A stretch of DNA of 64,000 nucleotides, taken from assembly GCA_035063765.1 (NCBI GenBank), contig JAPSFT010000010.1:80401-144400 (forward strand). Reading direction: 5' to 3'. The stretch comes from Deltaproteobacteria bacterium. GTDB lineage: Bacteria > Myxococcota_A > UBA9160 > PR03. The notes beneath the pieces are model-generated. The model was not told the origin of the DNA. It worked only from the letters and a program-made list of their open reading frames with translations, and made no database searches. Position numbers and translations under genes: made by a program. The number at the start of each line of letters is the position of its first letter. Positions within the stretch are counted from its first letter, which is position 1. Of the stretch, positions 9,296-17,417 are shown piece by piece.

Positions 9296-10692
9296 GCGAA
9301 GCGCTTGATGAGCGCCTTCTCGAGCTTCGTGTAGGGCGGGTAGCCGAGCTTCGGGTCGATCCGGGTGCTCTTCTTGAGCACCGGCTTCCAGTGGCTCATC
9401 GCGTCGAAGCCGTGCTTGCCGTGGTAGGCGCCCATCCCGCTCTCGCCGACGCCGCCGAAGGGCAGGTTCGGGTTGGCGAGGTGCCAGATCGCCGCGTTCA
9501 CCGTGACGCCGCCGGCGCTGGTCCGCTCGAGGACCGCCTCCTCGACGGCCTGGCGGCGCGTGAAGACGTAGAGCGCCAAGGGCTTCGGGCGCGCGTTCAC
9601 GAACCCGATCGCCTGCTCCATGTCGCGCACCGGCAGCACGGGCAGGATCGGGCCGAAGATCTCCTCCTGCATCACCGGCGAGTCCGGGGACACGTCGCGC
9701 AGGATCGTGGGCGCGACGTAACGGTCGGCGCGGTCCACCTGTCCGCCGATCACCGCCGTCCCGCTCTCGAGGAGCTTCGCGAGCCGGTCGACGTGCTGCT
9801 CGTTCACGATCCGCGCGAGATCGGGGCTCTGCTGGGGCGCGTCGCCGTAGAACGTCCGCACCCAGTGGGCGAGGCGCTCGACGAGCTCGCGCTCGCGCGC
9901 CTCGTGCACCAGCACGTAGTCGGGCGCCACGCAGGTCTGCCCGCAGTTCAGGAACTTGCCCCAGGCGATCCGGCGCGCCGCCACGTCGAGGTCCACGTCC
10001 TCGTCCACCAGGCAGGGGCTCTTGCCGCCGAGCTCGAGCGTGACCGGCGTCAGGTGCTTCGCGGCCGCCGCCATCACGATCCGGCCCACCCGGCCGTTCC
10101 CGGTGTAGAAGATGTGGTCCCAGCGTTCGGCCAGCAGCGCCTGGGTCTCGGCGACGCCGCCCTCGACGATCGCGTAGGCATCGGGGTCGAGATAGCGCGG
10201 GAGCAGCCCGGCGAGCGCGGCGGAGACGTGCGGCGTCACCTCGGAGGGCTTGATCAGCGCGGCGTTGCCCGCCGCGATCGCCGCCGCGAGCGGGGCCAGC
10301 GCGAGCTGCACCGGGTAGTTCCAGGGCGCGATCACCAGCACCACGCCGACCGGCTCGGGCACGATCCACGAGCGGGCGGGCTGGATCTGGAGCGGCGTCG
10401 CGACCCGGCGCGGCTTCATCCAGCGCCGGAGCTGCTTGCGGGCGATGTCGATCTCGCCGATCGCGAAGCCGACGTCCGTGACCCAGCCCTCGGGGTCGGG
10501 CTTGCGCAGGTCGGCCTCGAGCGCGCGGACCAGCGCGTCGCCGTTCTCGTGGAGCAGCGCGCGCAGCCGGTCGAGCTGGGCGAGCCGGTACGCGGCGGGG
10601 CGCGTGCGGCCCGCGTCGAAGGTCGCCCGCAGGCGGGCGACCCGCTCGGGGATCGCGTCGACGGGGCTGGCGGGCTGCGGGGCGGCGCTCAT
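9292..10692 (-). CDS. Aldehyde dehydrogenase, class 3 (fatty-aldehyde dehydrogenase-like)
   Basis: 466 aa from ATG 10690-10692, preceded by GGAGG. Motifs VIAPWNYP, LELGGKSP and catalytic FLNCGQTCVAPDYVLV, EEIFGPILPV, and a short C-terminus as in the ALDH3 family. Confidence 0.9.
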   Translation of the reverse strand: MSAAPQPASPVDAIPERVARLRATFDAGRTRPAAYRLAQLDRLRALLHENGDALVRALEADLRKPDPEGWVTDVGFAIGEIDIARKQLRRWMKPRRVATPLQIQPARSWIVPEPVGVVLVIAPWNYPVQLALAPLAAAIAAGNAALIKPSEVTPHVSAALAGLLPRYLDPDAYAIVEGGVAETQALLAERWDHIFYTGNGRVGRIVMAAAAKHLTPVTLELGGKSPCLVDEDVDLDVAARRIAWGKFLNCGQTCVAPDYVLVHEARERELVERLAHWVRTFYGDAPQQSPDLARIVNEQHVDRLAKLLESGTAVIGGQVDRADRYVAPTILRDVSPDSPVMQEEIFGPILPVLPVRDMEQAIGFVNARPKPLALYVFTRRQAVEEAVLERTSAGGVTVNAAIWHLANPNLPFGGVGESGMGAYHGKHGFDAMSHWKPVLKKSTRIDPKLGYPPYTKLEKALIKRFA

Positions 10693-10783
10693 GGGAACCT
10701 CCGGGGCGCGGGCGCGCGGGAGCGCCCCGAGTGTAGCCTGCCGGGATGGATCCGACTCCGGCAGCGCGGCCGCGCGTCCCCTC

Positions 10784-11605
10784 ATGACGGTGGAGCCCGC
10801 TCCGGCGCCCGCGCTGCTCGCCCTCGAGCCCCCGCTCCGGCTCGCCGCCTTCGCCGTCGTGTTCGTGCTGATGGCGCTCTGGGAGCGCCGGGCGCCACGG
10901 CGCCCGCTCGCGATCGGGCGCCGGCGGCGCTGGCCGGGCAACCTCGGCATCGCCGTGCTCGACACGCTGCTGCTCCGCCTCCTGCTGCCCACCGCCGCGT
11001 TCGGGACGGCGCTGCTCGGCGAGGCGCGCGCCTGGGGGCTCCTGCCGGCGCTCGGCGTGTCGGGCTGGCCCGCGGTGGTCACCGCCGTCGTGGTGCTCGA
11101 TCTGGCGATCTACCTCCAGCACGTGCTCTTCCACGCGCTGCCCCTGCTGTGGCGCCTGCACCGGATGCACCACGCCGATCTCGACGTGGACGTCACGACC
11201 GGGAACCGCTTCCACCCGATCGAGATCCTGCTCTCGATGCTCTGGAAGATCGCGGTCGTGGTGGCGCTCGGCGCCCCCGCGGCCGCCGTGCTCCTCTTCG
11301 AGGTCCTGCTCAACGCGACCGCGCTCTTCGGCCACGGGAACGTGCGCCTCGCCGGGCCCCTCGATCGCGCGCTGCGCTGGCTCCTCGTGACGCCGGACAT
11401 GCACCGCGTGCACCACTCGGCGGTCCCCGCCGAGACCGGCAGCAACTTCGGCTTCAACCTCTCCTGCTGGGATCGGCTGCTCGGGACCTATCGCGCCGCC
11501 CCGGCGGCCGGCCACGAGCGGATGACGATCGGGCTCGAGGCCTTCCGCGATCCCGGGGAGCTCCGCCTGGATCGGATGCTCTCGCAGCCCTTCCGCACCC
11601 GCTGA
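10784..11605 (+). CDS. Fatty acid hydroxylase superfamily membrane enzyme (sterol desaturase family)
   Basis: 273 aa. Histidine boxes HVLFH, HRMHH and HRVHH. NFGFNLSCWDRLLGTY tail motif. N-terminal TM helices. Divergent from the ALDH gene across 91 nt. Confidence 0.85.
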   Translation: MTVEPAPAPALLALEPPLRLAAFAVVFVLMALWERRAPRRPLAIGRRRRWPGNLGIAVLDTLLLRLLLPTAAFGTALLGEARAWGLLPALGVSGWPAVVTAVVVLDLAIYLQHVLFHALPLLWRLHRMHHADLDVDVTTGNRFHPIEILLSMLWKIAVVVALGAPAAAVLLFEVLLNATALFGHGNVRLAGPLDRALRWLLVTPDMHRVHHSAVPAETGSNFGFNLSCWDRLLGTYRAAPAAGHERMTIGLEAFRDPGELRLDRMLSQPFRTR

Positions 11606-11617
11606 GCGCGCCCGGCC

Positions 11618-14143
11618 TCAGGGGGTCGGTGCGGAGCTCAGCTCGATCGTCGCGCGGTGCCCGTCGCCGGCGATGTTGCGGCTACCCATGCCCGGGTAGC
11701 CCCCGGCCGTGAAGTTGTTGTCGATCGTGTCGTTCTTGCCGAGCCGGATCGCCATCTCGTCGCCGTTCGCGGTCGGGAAGGCGGTGTTGGAGTTCGAGAA
11801 GGCGTCGAGCGCCGTGTGGAAGGTCACCACCACGTGGGCGTCGCCGGTTCCCTGGATCGCCGCCGCCGCTGCCCCGCTGAACTCCAGGTCCTGGCTGCTC
11901 GAGGAGCCGCCGACGCCGTCGCTGATGCCGGTCGCCGAGGGCGTGAAGCCGAAGCTGCCGCTCGGGCCGCCGGTGATCGACCAGGTGGCCTCGACGGGGG
12001 GCAGGAGCGACGCGGTGCCGCCGCCGTCCTGGAAGCCGATGCCGTCGTTGTAGCCGTCGCTGATGCGGTCGAAGGCCCCGCGCAGGGCATGGTCGAGGTC
12101 GAGGGTCCACTGCTCGCCCGGGACCGAGACGACGTCGAGCTCCACGCGATAGGAGAGCGTCGCCGTCGAGTGGGCGTCGTTGGTCGTGCAGCCGGCGTCG
12201 GCGCCGAGCATGCCGCGCAGGCTCGTGGAGACCTGGTTGCCGAGCACGCTCCCGGCGAGCCGGTGGCGCCACTCGCGCAGCCAGCAGCCCCCCTGCTCGC
12301 GGAAGTCCCCGCTCGCGAGGTCCGTGAAGGTCACGTTGGCGAGCCGGGTGGTCGGCTTCTGGACCAGGTTCGCGAACAGCCCGATGTAGCCGCCCGCGAG
12401 CCGCGCCACCTCGACCGGCTCGAGGTCGAGGCCGAGCAGGGAGGGCACCGGGAAGGCCTCGATCGCGCTCTCGAGCTGCGGCGCGAAATACGGGAACAGC
12501 ATGCGGAAGGTCTCGACGAGCGACGTCTCGTTGGCGCCGATCAGGTTCTTCGTGACGGTCATGTCGATCTCGCTCGCGGGCGGCGTCACCAGCGTGAACT
12601 CGAGCCCGGCCGCGGTGAAGGCCAGATCGAGGCCCGCGTCGAGATCCACCTCGAGCGTGAGGAAGGTCTGCTGCTGGGCCGAGAACTCGAGGTCGACCGC
12701 GAGCGCCGCGATCTTCAGCTCGGCGAACTCGCCACCGGGTCCGGCCGCGCCGGTGAAGACCGGGGCCAGGGTCGGCCGGAGCCGGATCGTGATCGGCTCG
12801 GAGGGATCGGCGGCTGCGAGCTGCGGGATGAAGAGCGAGAGCAGCTCCGCGGTCAGCGGCAGACCCATGAACTCGGTGATGTCGGTCCGCAGCAGGCCGT
12901 TCTCGATCTGCGTCTTCAGGAGCTGGTTCATCGCGGAGGTGGAGATCGCGAAGGCGAGCCCGTAGGGCAGGCCGCCGTTCGGCGTCGAGGGACCGAAGCT
13001 CGGGAACGGCTCGGCGACCGCGTACGAGGCCGGCAGGTCCGGTGCGCCCGGGGCCGGTGCCGTCGAGGTGATGGCGGCGTCGGCCGCGAGGGTCAGGCCG
13101 GTGGCCTCCTCGGTGATCGCGGTGAACGGCGCCTCGAGCACGCCGCCGAGCGCCGCGCCGACCGGCCCCGCGATCGAGATCCCGGCCAGCGCGCTCTCGA
13201 TCGCACCTGCCAGCGGGGAGTCCTGCGGGCCCGCACCGTCGGGGTCCGCCAGGTTGTCCTGGAAGCCCTGTTGCATCAGCGCCTGGATGTCCCCCTCGCC
13301 GATGATCGAGTTCACGATGTCGCCGAGCAGCGGGTCGTCGCAGATGCCCGACACGAACTGCGAGCCGAAGCCGCCGAGCGTCACCGCGATCGGCGACACC
13401 AGGTTGACGTCCACGAGGGAAGGGTCCGCCGCGAGGGGCTGGAGGTCGTAGGTGCCGGCGATCGTGGCATTCGCCGTCTCGATCTCGAGCGTGCAGGCAC
13501 CGAGCCAGTCGAGGTCGAGGTCGATCTCGAGGAAGAAGTCGTCGATCGCGATCGTGGTGGCCAGGCCGGCCGGCGTCGGGTCCACGTCGATCCCGAAGCC
13601 TCCGAAGCCCACCTCGACGACGTTGGCGGTGTAGGAGACCCCGCTCATGCTGCCCTGGGCGATCGGGTTCTGGGCGGTGATCAGGCCGCTGATGTCGAGC
13701 GAGTCGCCCGACAGGCTCTCGACGATCGGCGAGATCTGGTCGAGGCCGGTGTCGGCGATGCGCAGCGCGACGCCTTGCGGTGACGCCTCGCCGTCGAGCA
13801 CGAAACCGGTCTGCACACCGTCGCCCACGACCACGGTGACGAAGCGCTTCAACTTCGCGCCCGACTGGAGCGCGCCCACCGCGCTGAGCCGCTGGAACAC
13901 CGCGCTCGTGTCGACCGGCACGTCCACCGACCAGGTGGCGGCGGGCGTCACCGGCACGCCGTTCACGGCGAGGCTCGCGAACTGGCCGGGTTGGACCAGG
14001 CGGCCCGTCACGGTGACCAGCGCGCCGTTCAGGAACGTCCCGTGCACCGGGGAGTCGAGCAGGAGCTGGGCGCCGGGGTTGCAGGACGCACCGATGGTGA
14101 GTCCGAGGGCGACCCAGAGCGCGATCCTTCGGGTTCGATGCAC
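11618..14143 (-). CDS. Large secreted lipoprotein with a putative BPI/LBP/CETP-like (TULIP) lipid-binding core
   Basis: GTG start 14141-14143 lies 6 nt after GGAGGAG. Signal peptide RRIALWVALGLTIGASC. High GC3 throughout. The central ~500 aa resemble BPI N- and C-domains segment by segment (see finding). The longer ORF to 14305, or ATG 14185, are alternative starts. Confidence 0.75.
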   Translation of the reverse strand: MHRTRRIALWVALGLTIGASCNPGAQLLLDSPVHGTFLNGALVTVTGRLVQPGQFASLAVNGVPVTPAATWSVDVPVDTSAVFQRLSAVGALQSGAKLKRFVTVVVGDGVQTGFVLDGEASPQGVALRIADTGLDQISPIVESLSGDSLDISGLITAQNPIAQGSMSGVSYTANVVEVGFGGFGIDVDPTPAGLATTIAIDDFFLEIDLDLDWLGACTLEIETANATIAGTYDLQPLAADPSLVDVNLVSPIAVTLGGFGSQFVSGICDDPLLGDIVNSIIGEGDIQALMQQGFQDNLADPDGAGPQDSPLAGAIESALAGISIAGPVGAALGGVLEAPFTAITEEATGLTLAADAAITSTAPAPGAPDLPASYAVAEPFPSFGPSTPNGGLPYGLAFAISTSAMNQLLKTQIENGLLRTDITEFMGLPLTAELLSLFIPQLAAADPSEPITIRLRPTLAPVFTGAAGPGGEFAELKIAALAVDLEFSAQQQTFLTLEVDLDAGLDLAFTAAGLEFTLVTPPASEIDMTVTKNLIGANETSLVETFRMLFPYFAPQLESAIEAFPVPSLLGLDLEPVEVARLAGGYIGLFANLVQKPTTRLANVTFTDLASGDFREQGGCWLREWRHRLAGSVLGNQVSTSLRGMLGADAGCTTNDAHSTATLSYRVELDVVSVPGEQWTLDLDHALRGAFDRISDGYNDGIGFQDGGGTASLLPPVEATWSITGGPSGSFGFTPSATGISDGVGGSSSSQDLEFSGAAAAAIQGTGDAHVVVTFHTALDAFSNSNTAFPTANGDEMAIRLGKNDTIDNNFTAGGYPGMGSRNIAGDGHRATIELSSAPTP

Positions 14144-14291
14144 GGCAGGCTCCTCCCAATTCCGATCCGGGCCGTATCGTTTCATGCGATCGACCGGTTG
14201 TAAAGGGGGGCGGGCGGTGTTTGCCACCCACCCCGGGCCGGGGATAATCCGGCCGTTGCGGACGGCCGCGCGGCGGCGGTGGAGGCTGGCC

Positions 14292-15599
14292 ATGCAGCAG
14301 CGCATCCCGAGGGTCGTTCCCCTCGCCCTCCTGGGCGTGCTCGCGATGGGCGCGACCTGCGACGACGGCTGCCCCGCGGGCTACCAGCCGGTCGAGCTGC
14401 CGGAGTTCCTCTTCGGGCTCTCGCAGGTGCCGGCGGATGCGATCGCGATCGCGCAGGAGGTGGGCGCTGGCGCGCTGCGCCCGACGCTCTCCTGGCGCGT
14501 GGTCGAGCCGGCCCTCACGGCCGAGGGGCTCACGCTCGCCGGCGTGCGCGGCGACCCGGCCGGCATCGCCACCTGGGCCGCGAGCCGCGACTGGTCGAAC
14601 TTCGACCAGCGCCTGGGCGCGATCGCGGCGGCGGGCCTCCAGCCGGTGCCGATCGTCGGCCACGGCTACACGACGACGCTGCCGCTGCTCGGCGGAGTGC
14701 CGGCTGCACCCGACGTGCTGGGCCGCGAGGAGTACCTGGCGCGCCAGTACCGCTTCACGCGCGCCGTCGTCGAGCGCTACGACGGCGACGGTGTCGACGA
14801 CGCGCCCTCGGGCCTGCGCATCCCGCTCTGGCAGACCGAGAACGAGCTGAACCAGGCCTTCTTCACGGCGATCTTCGGCTGGCGCCACCCGGCGATGATC
14901 GATGCCTTCGGCTCGGCGTGGCAGGACTGGGCCTACGTGACCCGGATCCTCGAGACCCTGCGCCTCGCGGTGCGCGACGCGGACCCCACCGCGCTCACCA
15001 CGATGAACTTCCACACCGACGTGCACGCGGGCATCAACGAGTACTTCGGGCATCCGGGCTGGCTCGACGCGATCCGCGAGTGGCGCGACCAGATGGACGT
15101 CATCTCCTTCGACGCCTATCCGAACTACTACCGGGCCTCGCCGCCCGACGGCCTCACGGTGGGGGTGCGCGCCGGCCTGGTCCGAGCGCAGGCCTGCGGG
15201 CGTCCGGTCGTCGTGATGGAGACCGGCTACCCGACGGGTCCGTCCGAGTCCGGCTACGACGAGGCGCAGCAGGCCGCCTTCGTGCGCGACGCCTTCGCCT
15301 ACTCGGTGGCGGCTGGCGTCCGCGGCTTCTTCCTGTTCGGCGCGCGCACCTCCGAGACCCACACGGTCGCGATCACGCCCTACGACCTCGAGCAGGTCGC
15401 GCTGCTCGCGGGCTTCCTCGAGACGGGTGACGCCGAGGCGCTGTTCCAGTACGCGCTCACCCACCTCGACTACGTGCAGAGCCAGCTCGCCGCCGTCGTG
15501 CAGGCGGTGGAGGGCTACTGGGGGCTCTATCGCGCCGACGGCAGCGAGAAGCCGGCCCTCCAGGAAATGCGCGAGATCGGCGCCGGCCTGCCCGATTGA
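14292..15599 (+). CDS. Secreted clan GH-A (TIM-barrel) glycoside hydrolase, probable lipoprotein
   Basis: ATG 14292 follows GGAGG at 14281-14285. Signal/lipobox LALLGVLAMGATC. Acid/base motif WQTENELN and nucleophile motif VVVMETGYP, with the spacing typical of GH5-like enzymes. Confidence 0.7.
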   Translation: MQQRIPRVVPLALLGVLAMGATCDDGCPAGYQPVELPEFLFGLSQVPADAIAIAQEVGAGALRPTLSWRVVEPALTAEGLTLAGVRGDPAGIATWAASRDWSNFDQRLGAIAAAGLQPVPIVGHGYTTTLPLLGGVPAAPDVLGREEYLARQYRFTRAVVERYDGDGVDDAPSGLRIPLWQTENELNQAFFTAIFGWRHPAMIDAFGSAWQDWAYVTRILETLRLAVRDADPTALTTMNFHTDVHAGINEYFGHPGWLDAIREWRDQMDVISFDAYPNYYRASPPDGLTVGVRAGLVRAQACGRPVVVMETGYPTGPSESGYDEAQQAAFVRDAFAYSVAAGVRGFFLFGARTSETHTVAITPYDLEQVALLAGFLETGDAEALFQYALTHLDYVQSQLAAVVQAVEGYWGLYRADGSEKPALQEMREIGAGLPD

Positions 15600-15653
15600 C
15601 GGGGGGCGCCCGCCGGCCTGCTCGTGCGGAGCACCCGGTGCGCGCGGCCGGCG

Positions 15654-16052
15654 CTACCCGTCTGCCTCGCTTGCCCGGAGCTGCGCGACGACCACCGCCG
15701 TCGAGTCGACGTAGCCGCGACCGAGCAGCCGGGCCAGGCGCGCGCCCAGGTAGCGGCGCACGAAGCGCAGCCGGATCGCCTCGGCCTCGGCGGGATCGTC
15801 GACCACGCGCGCCCGGCCGTGCAGGCGGGTCGCTCCGATCTGCACGGTGACGGCGCCCCCCGCCGCCTCGTGGGCCCGCACGTTGCGCACCCACTGCGGC
15901 GGCTCCCCGCTCCCGGTGAGGTAGATCCGGCGCGCCGCCGGGTCGAGCGCGAACCACATGGTGACGGTGCGCGGCTCGCCGCTCCGGCGCCCGCGCACCG
16001 TGAGCCGGCAGTTCCAGTGCCGCTCGAGGGGACGCAGATCGACCTGGCTCAC
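15654..16052 (-). CDS. Nitroreductase/deazaflavin-dependent oxidoreductase family (DUF385, PNPOx-like)
   Basis: 132 aa. The pattern LTVRGRRSGEPRTVTMWFALDP...IYLTGSGEPPQWVRNVRA...VTVQIG matches the split-barrel DUF385 family. Confidence 0.6.
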   Translation of the reverse strand: MSQVDLRPLERHWNCRLTVRGRRSGEPRTVTMWFALDPAARRIYLTGSGEPPQWVRNVRAHEAAGGAVTVQIGATRLHGRARVVDDPAEAEAIRLRFVRRYLGARLARLLGRGYVDSTAVVVAQLRASEADG

Positions 16053-16083
16053 ACGCGCACCTCGCTGGCCGGGGTCGCCCGGC

Positions 16084-17337
16084 TCATGCGGGCGCCAGTG
16101 TACCCAGCCGGTAGCGGCGCAGCTCGGGAATCCGCCAGGCCACGAGCGCCAGCACGAGCAGGCAGCCGATCCCCCCGCTCACGACCGCGAAAGCGGGGCT
16201 CGTGGCAGCAGCGACGAAGCCCGCGCGCGCCGCGCCGAGCTGGTTGGAGGCCTGGATGAAGATCAGGTTGACGGCGCTGACCCGGCCGCGCAGCGCGTCG
16301 GGCGTGGAGAGCTGGATCGCGGTCTGTCGCATCACCACGCTCACCTGGTCGGCCATGCCCACGACCATGTAGGTCGCCACCGCGAGCGGGAAGGCGCGCG
16401 AGAGGCCGAAGGCGACCGTCGCGCAGCCGTAGACGCCGACCCCGATCAGCAGCGCGCGGCCCGGCCGCGCCGCGGGCGGGCGCAGCACCATCGCCGCCGC
16501 CATCCCGAGCGCGCCGATCTCGAGCGACGAGGCGAGCAGCCCGAAGCCGCGCGGGCCGACCCCGAGGATCTCCTGGTAGGCCGGCAAGAGGGCGGTCGCG
16601 TTGGCGAGGATCACCGCGAACATGTCGAGCGCCATGCAGCCGAGCACGACCGGCTCCGAGCGCACGAAGGCGAGCCCCTCGCGCACCGCGAGCCAGCTCG
16701 GCGCGCGCCGCTCGCCGGAGTCACGCAGCGGGCGGAAGAAGCCGATCCCGAGCCAGTTGAGCGCGATCAGCCCGACGTACAGGCCGTAGGCCAGCCCGGG
16801 GCCGCCGCGTGCGATCGCGAGCCCGGCCAGCGCCGGCCCCGCGGCGAAGGCCAGCGCCTGGATCGTGGAGGCGAAGGTGACGGCGCGCGGGAACGCCGCG
16901 ATCGGGACCAGCGTCGGCACCAGCGCCTGGCGCGCCGGGCTGTCGAAGGCGAACGCGCAGGAGACCAGGAACACGGCGCCGTAGAGGAGCGGCAGCGACG
17001 CGGCCCCGGCCGCCGTACACCCGAAGAGCGTCGCCCCGGCCGCGAGCAGCGGGAGCTGCGCCAGCCGCATCACGCGCCGGCGGTCGTAGGCGTCGGCGAC
17101 GGCGCCGCCCACCAGGGTGAGCGCGAGCGTCGGCGCGAACTGGACCACACCCACCATGCCCACGTGGAAGGTCGAGCCGGTGCGGTCGAAGACGTGCCAG
17201 AAGATCGCGGTGCGCATCAGCATCATCGCGGTCGCCGCGCAGAAGCGGCTCGCGAGGTAGATCCGGAACGAGGGCGGGATCTCGACGGGGGAAGGGAGGG
17301 CGGCGGCCACGCGAGGGGGATCGCACGGAGCCCGCAC
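16084..17337 (-). CDS. MFS transporter
   Basis: 417 aa with about 12 hydrophobic helices and the MFS loop motif GGAVADAYDRRRVM between TM2 and TM3. Confidence 0.85.
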   Translation of the reverse strand: MRAPCDPPRVAAALPSPVEIPPSFRIYLASRFCAATAMMLMRTAIFWHVFDRTGSTFHVGMVGVVQFAPTLALTLVGGAVADAYDRRRVMRLAQLPLLAAGATLFGCTAAGAASLPLLYGAVFLVSCAFAFDSPARQALVPTLVPIAAFPRAVTFASTIQALAFAAGPALAGLAIARGGPGLAYGLYVGLIALNWLGIGFFRPLRDSGERRAPSWLAVREGLAFVRSEPVVLGCMALDMFAVILANATALLPAYQEILGVGPRGFGLLASSLEIGALGMAAAMVLRPPAARPGRALLIGVGVYGCATVAFGLSRAFPLAVATYMVVGMADQVSVVMRQTAIQLSTPDALRGRVSAVNLIFIQASNQLGAARAGFVAAATSPAFAVVSGGIGCLLVLALVAWRIPELRRYRLGTLAPA

Positions 17338-17417
17338 CGCCGCAAGCGCCGCGAGGCACCGTCGACCCGTGTGGTACGCTGCGGCGCTCCGGCGCGGCCT
17401 ACGAGGAGGAGGGATCC

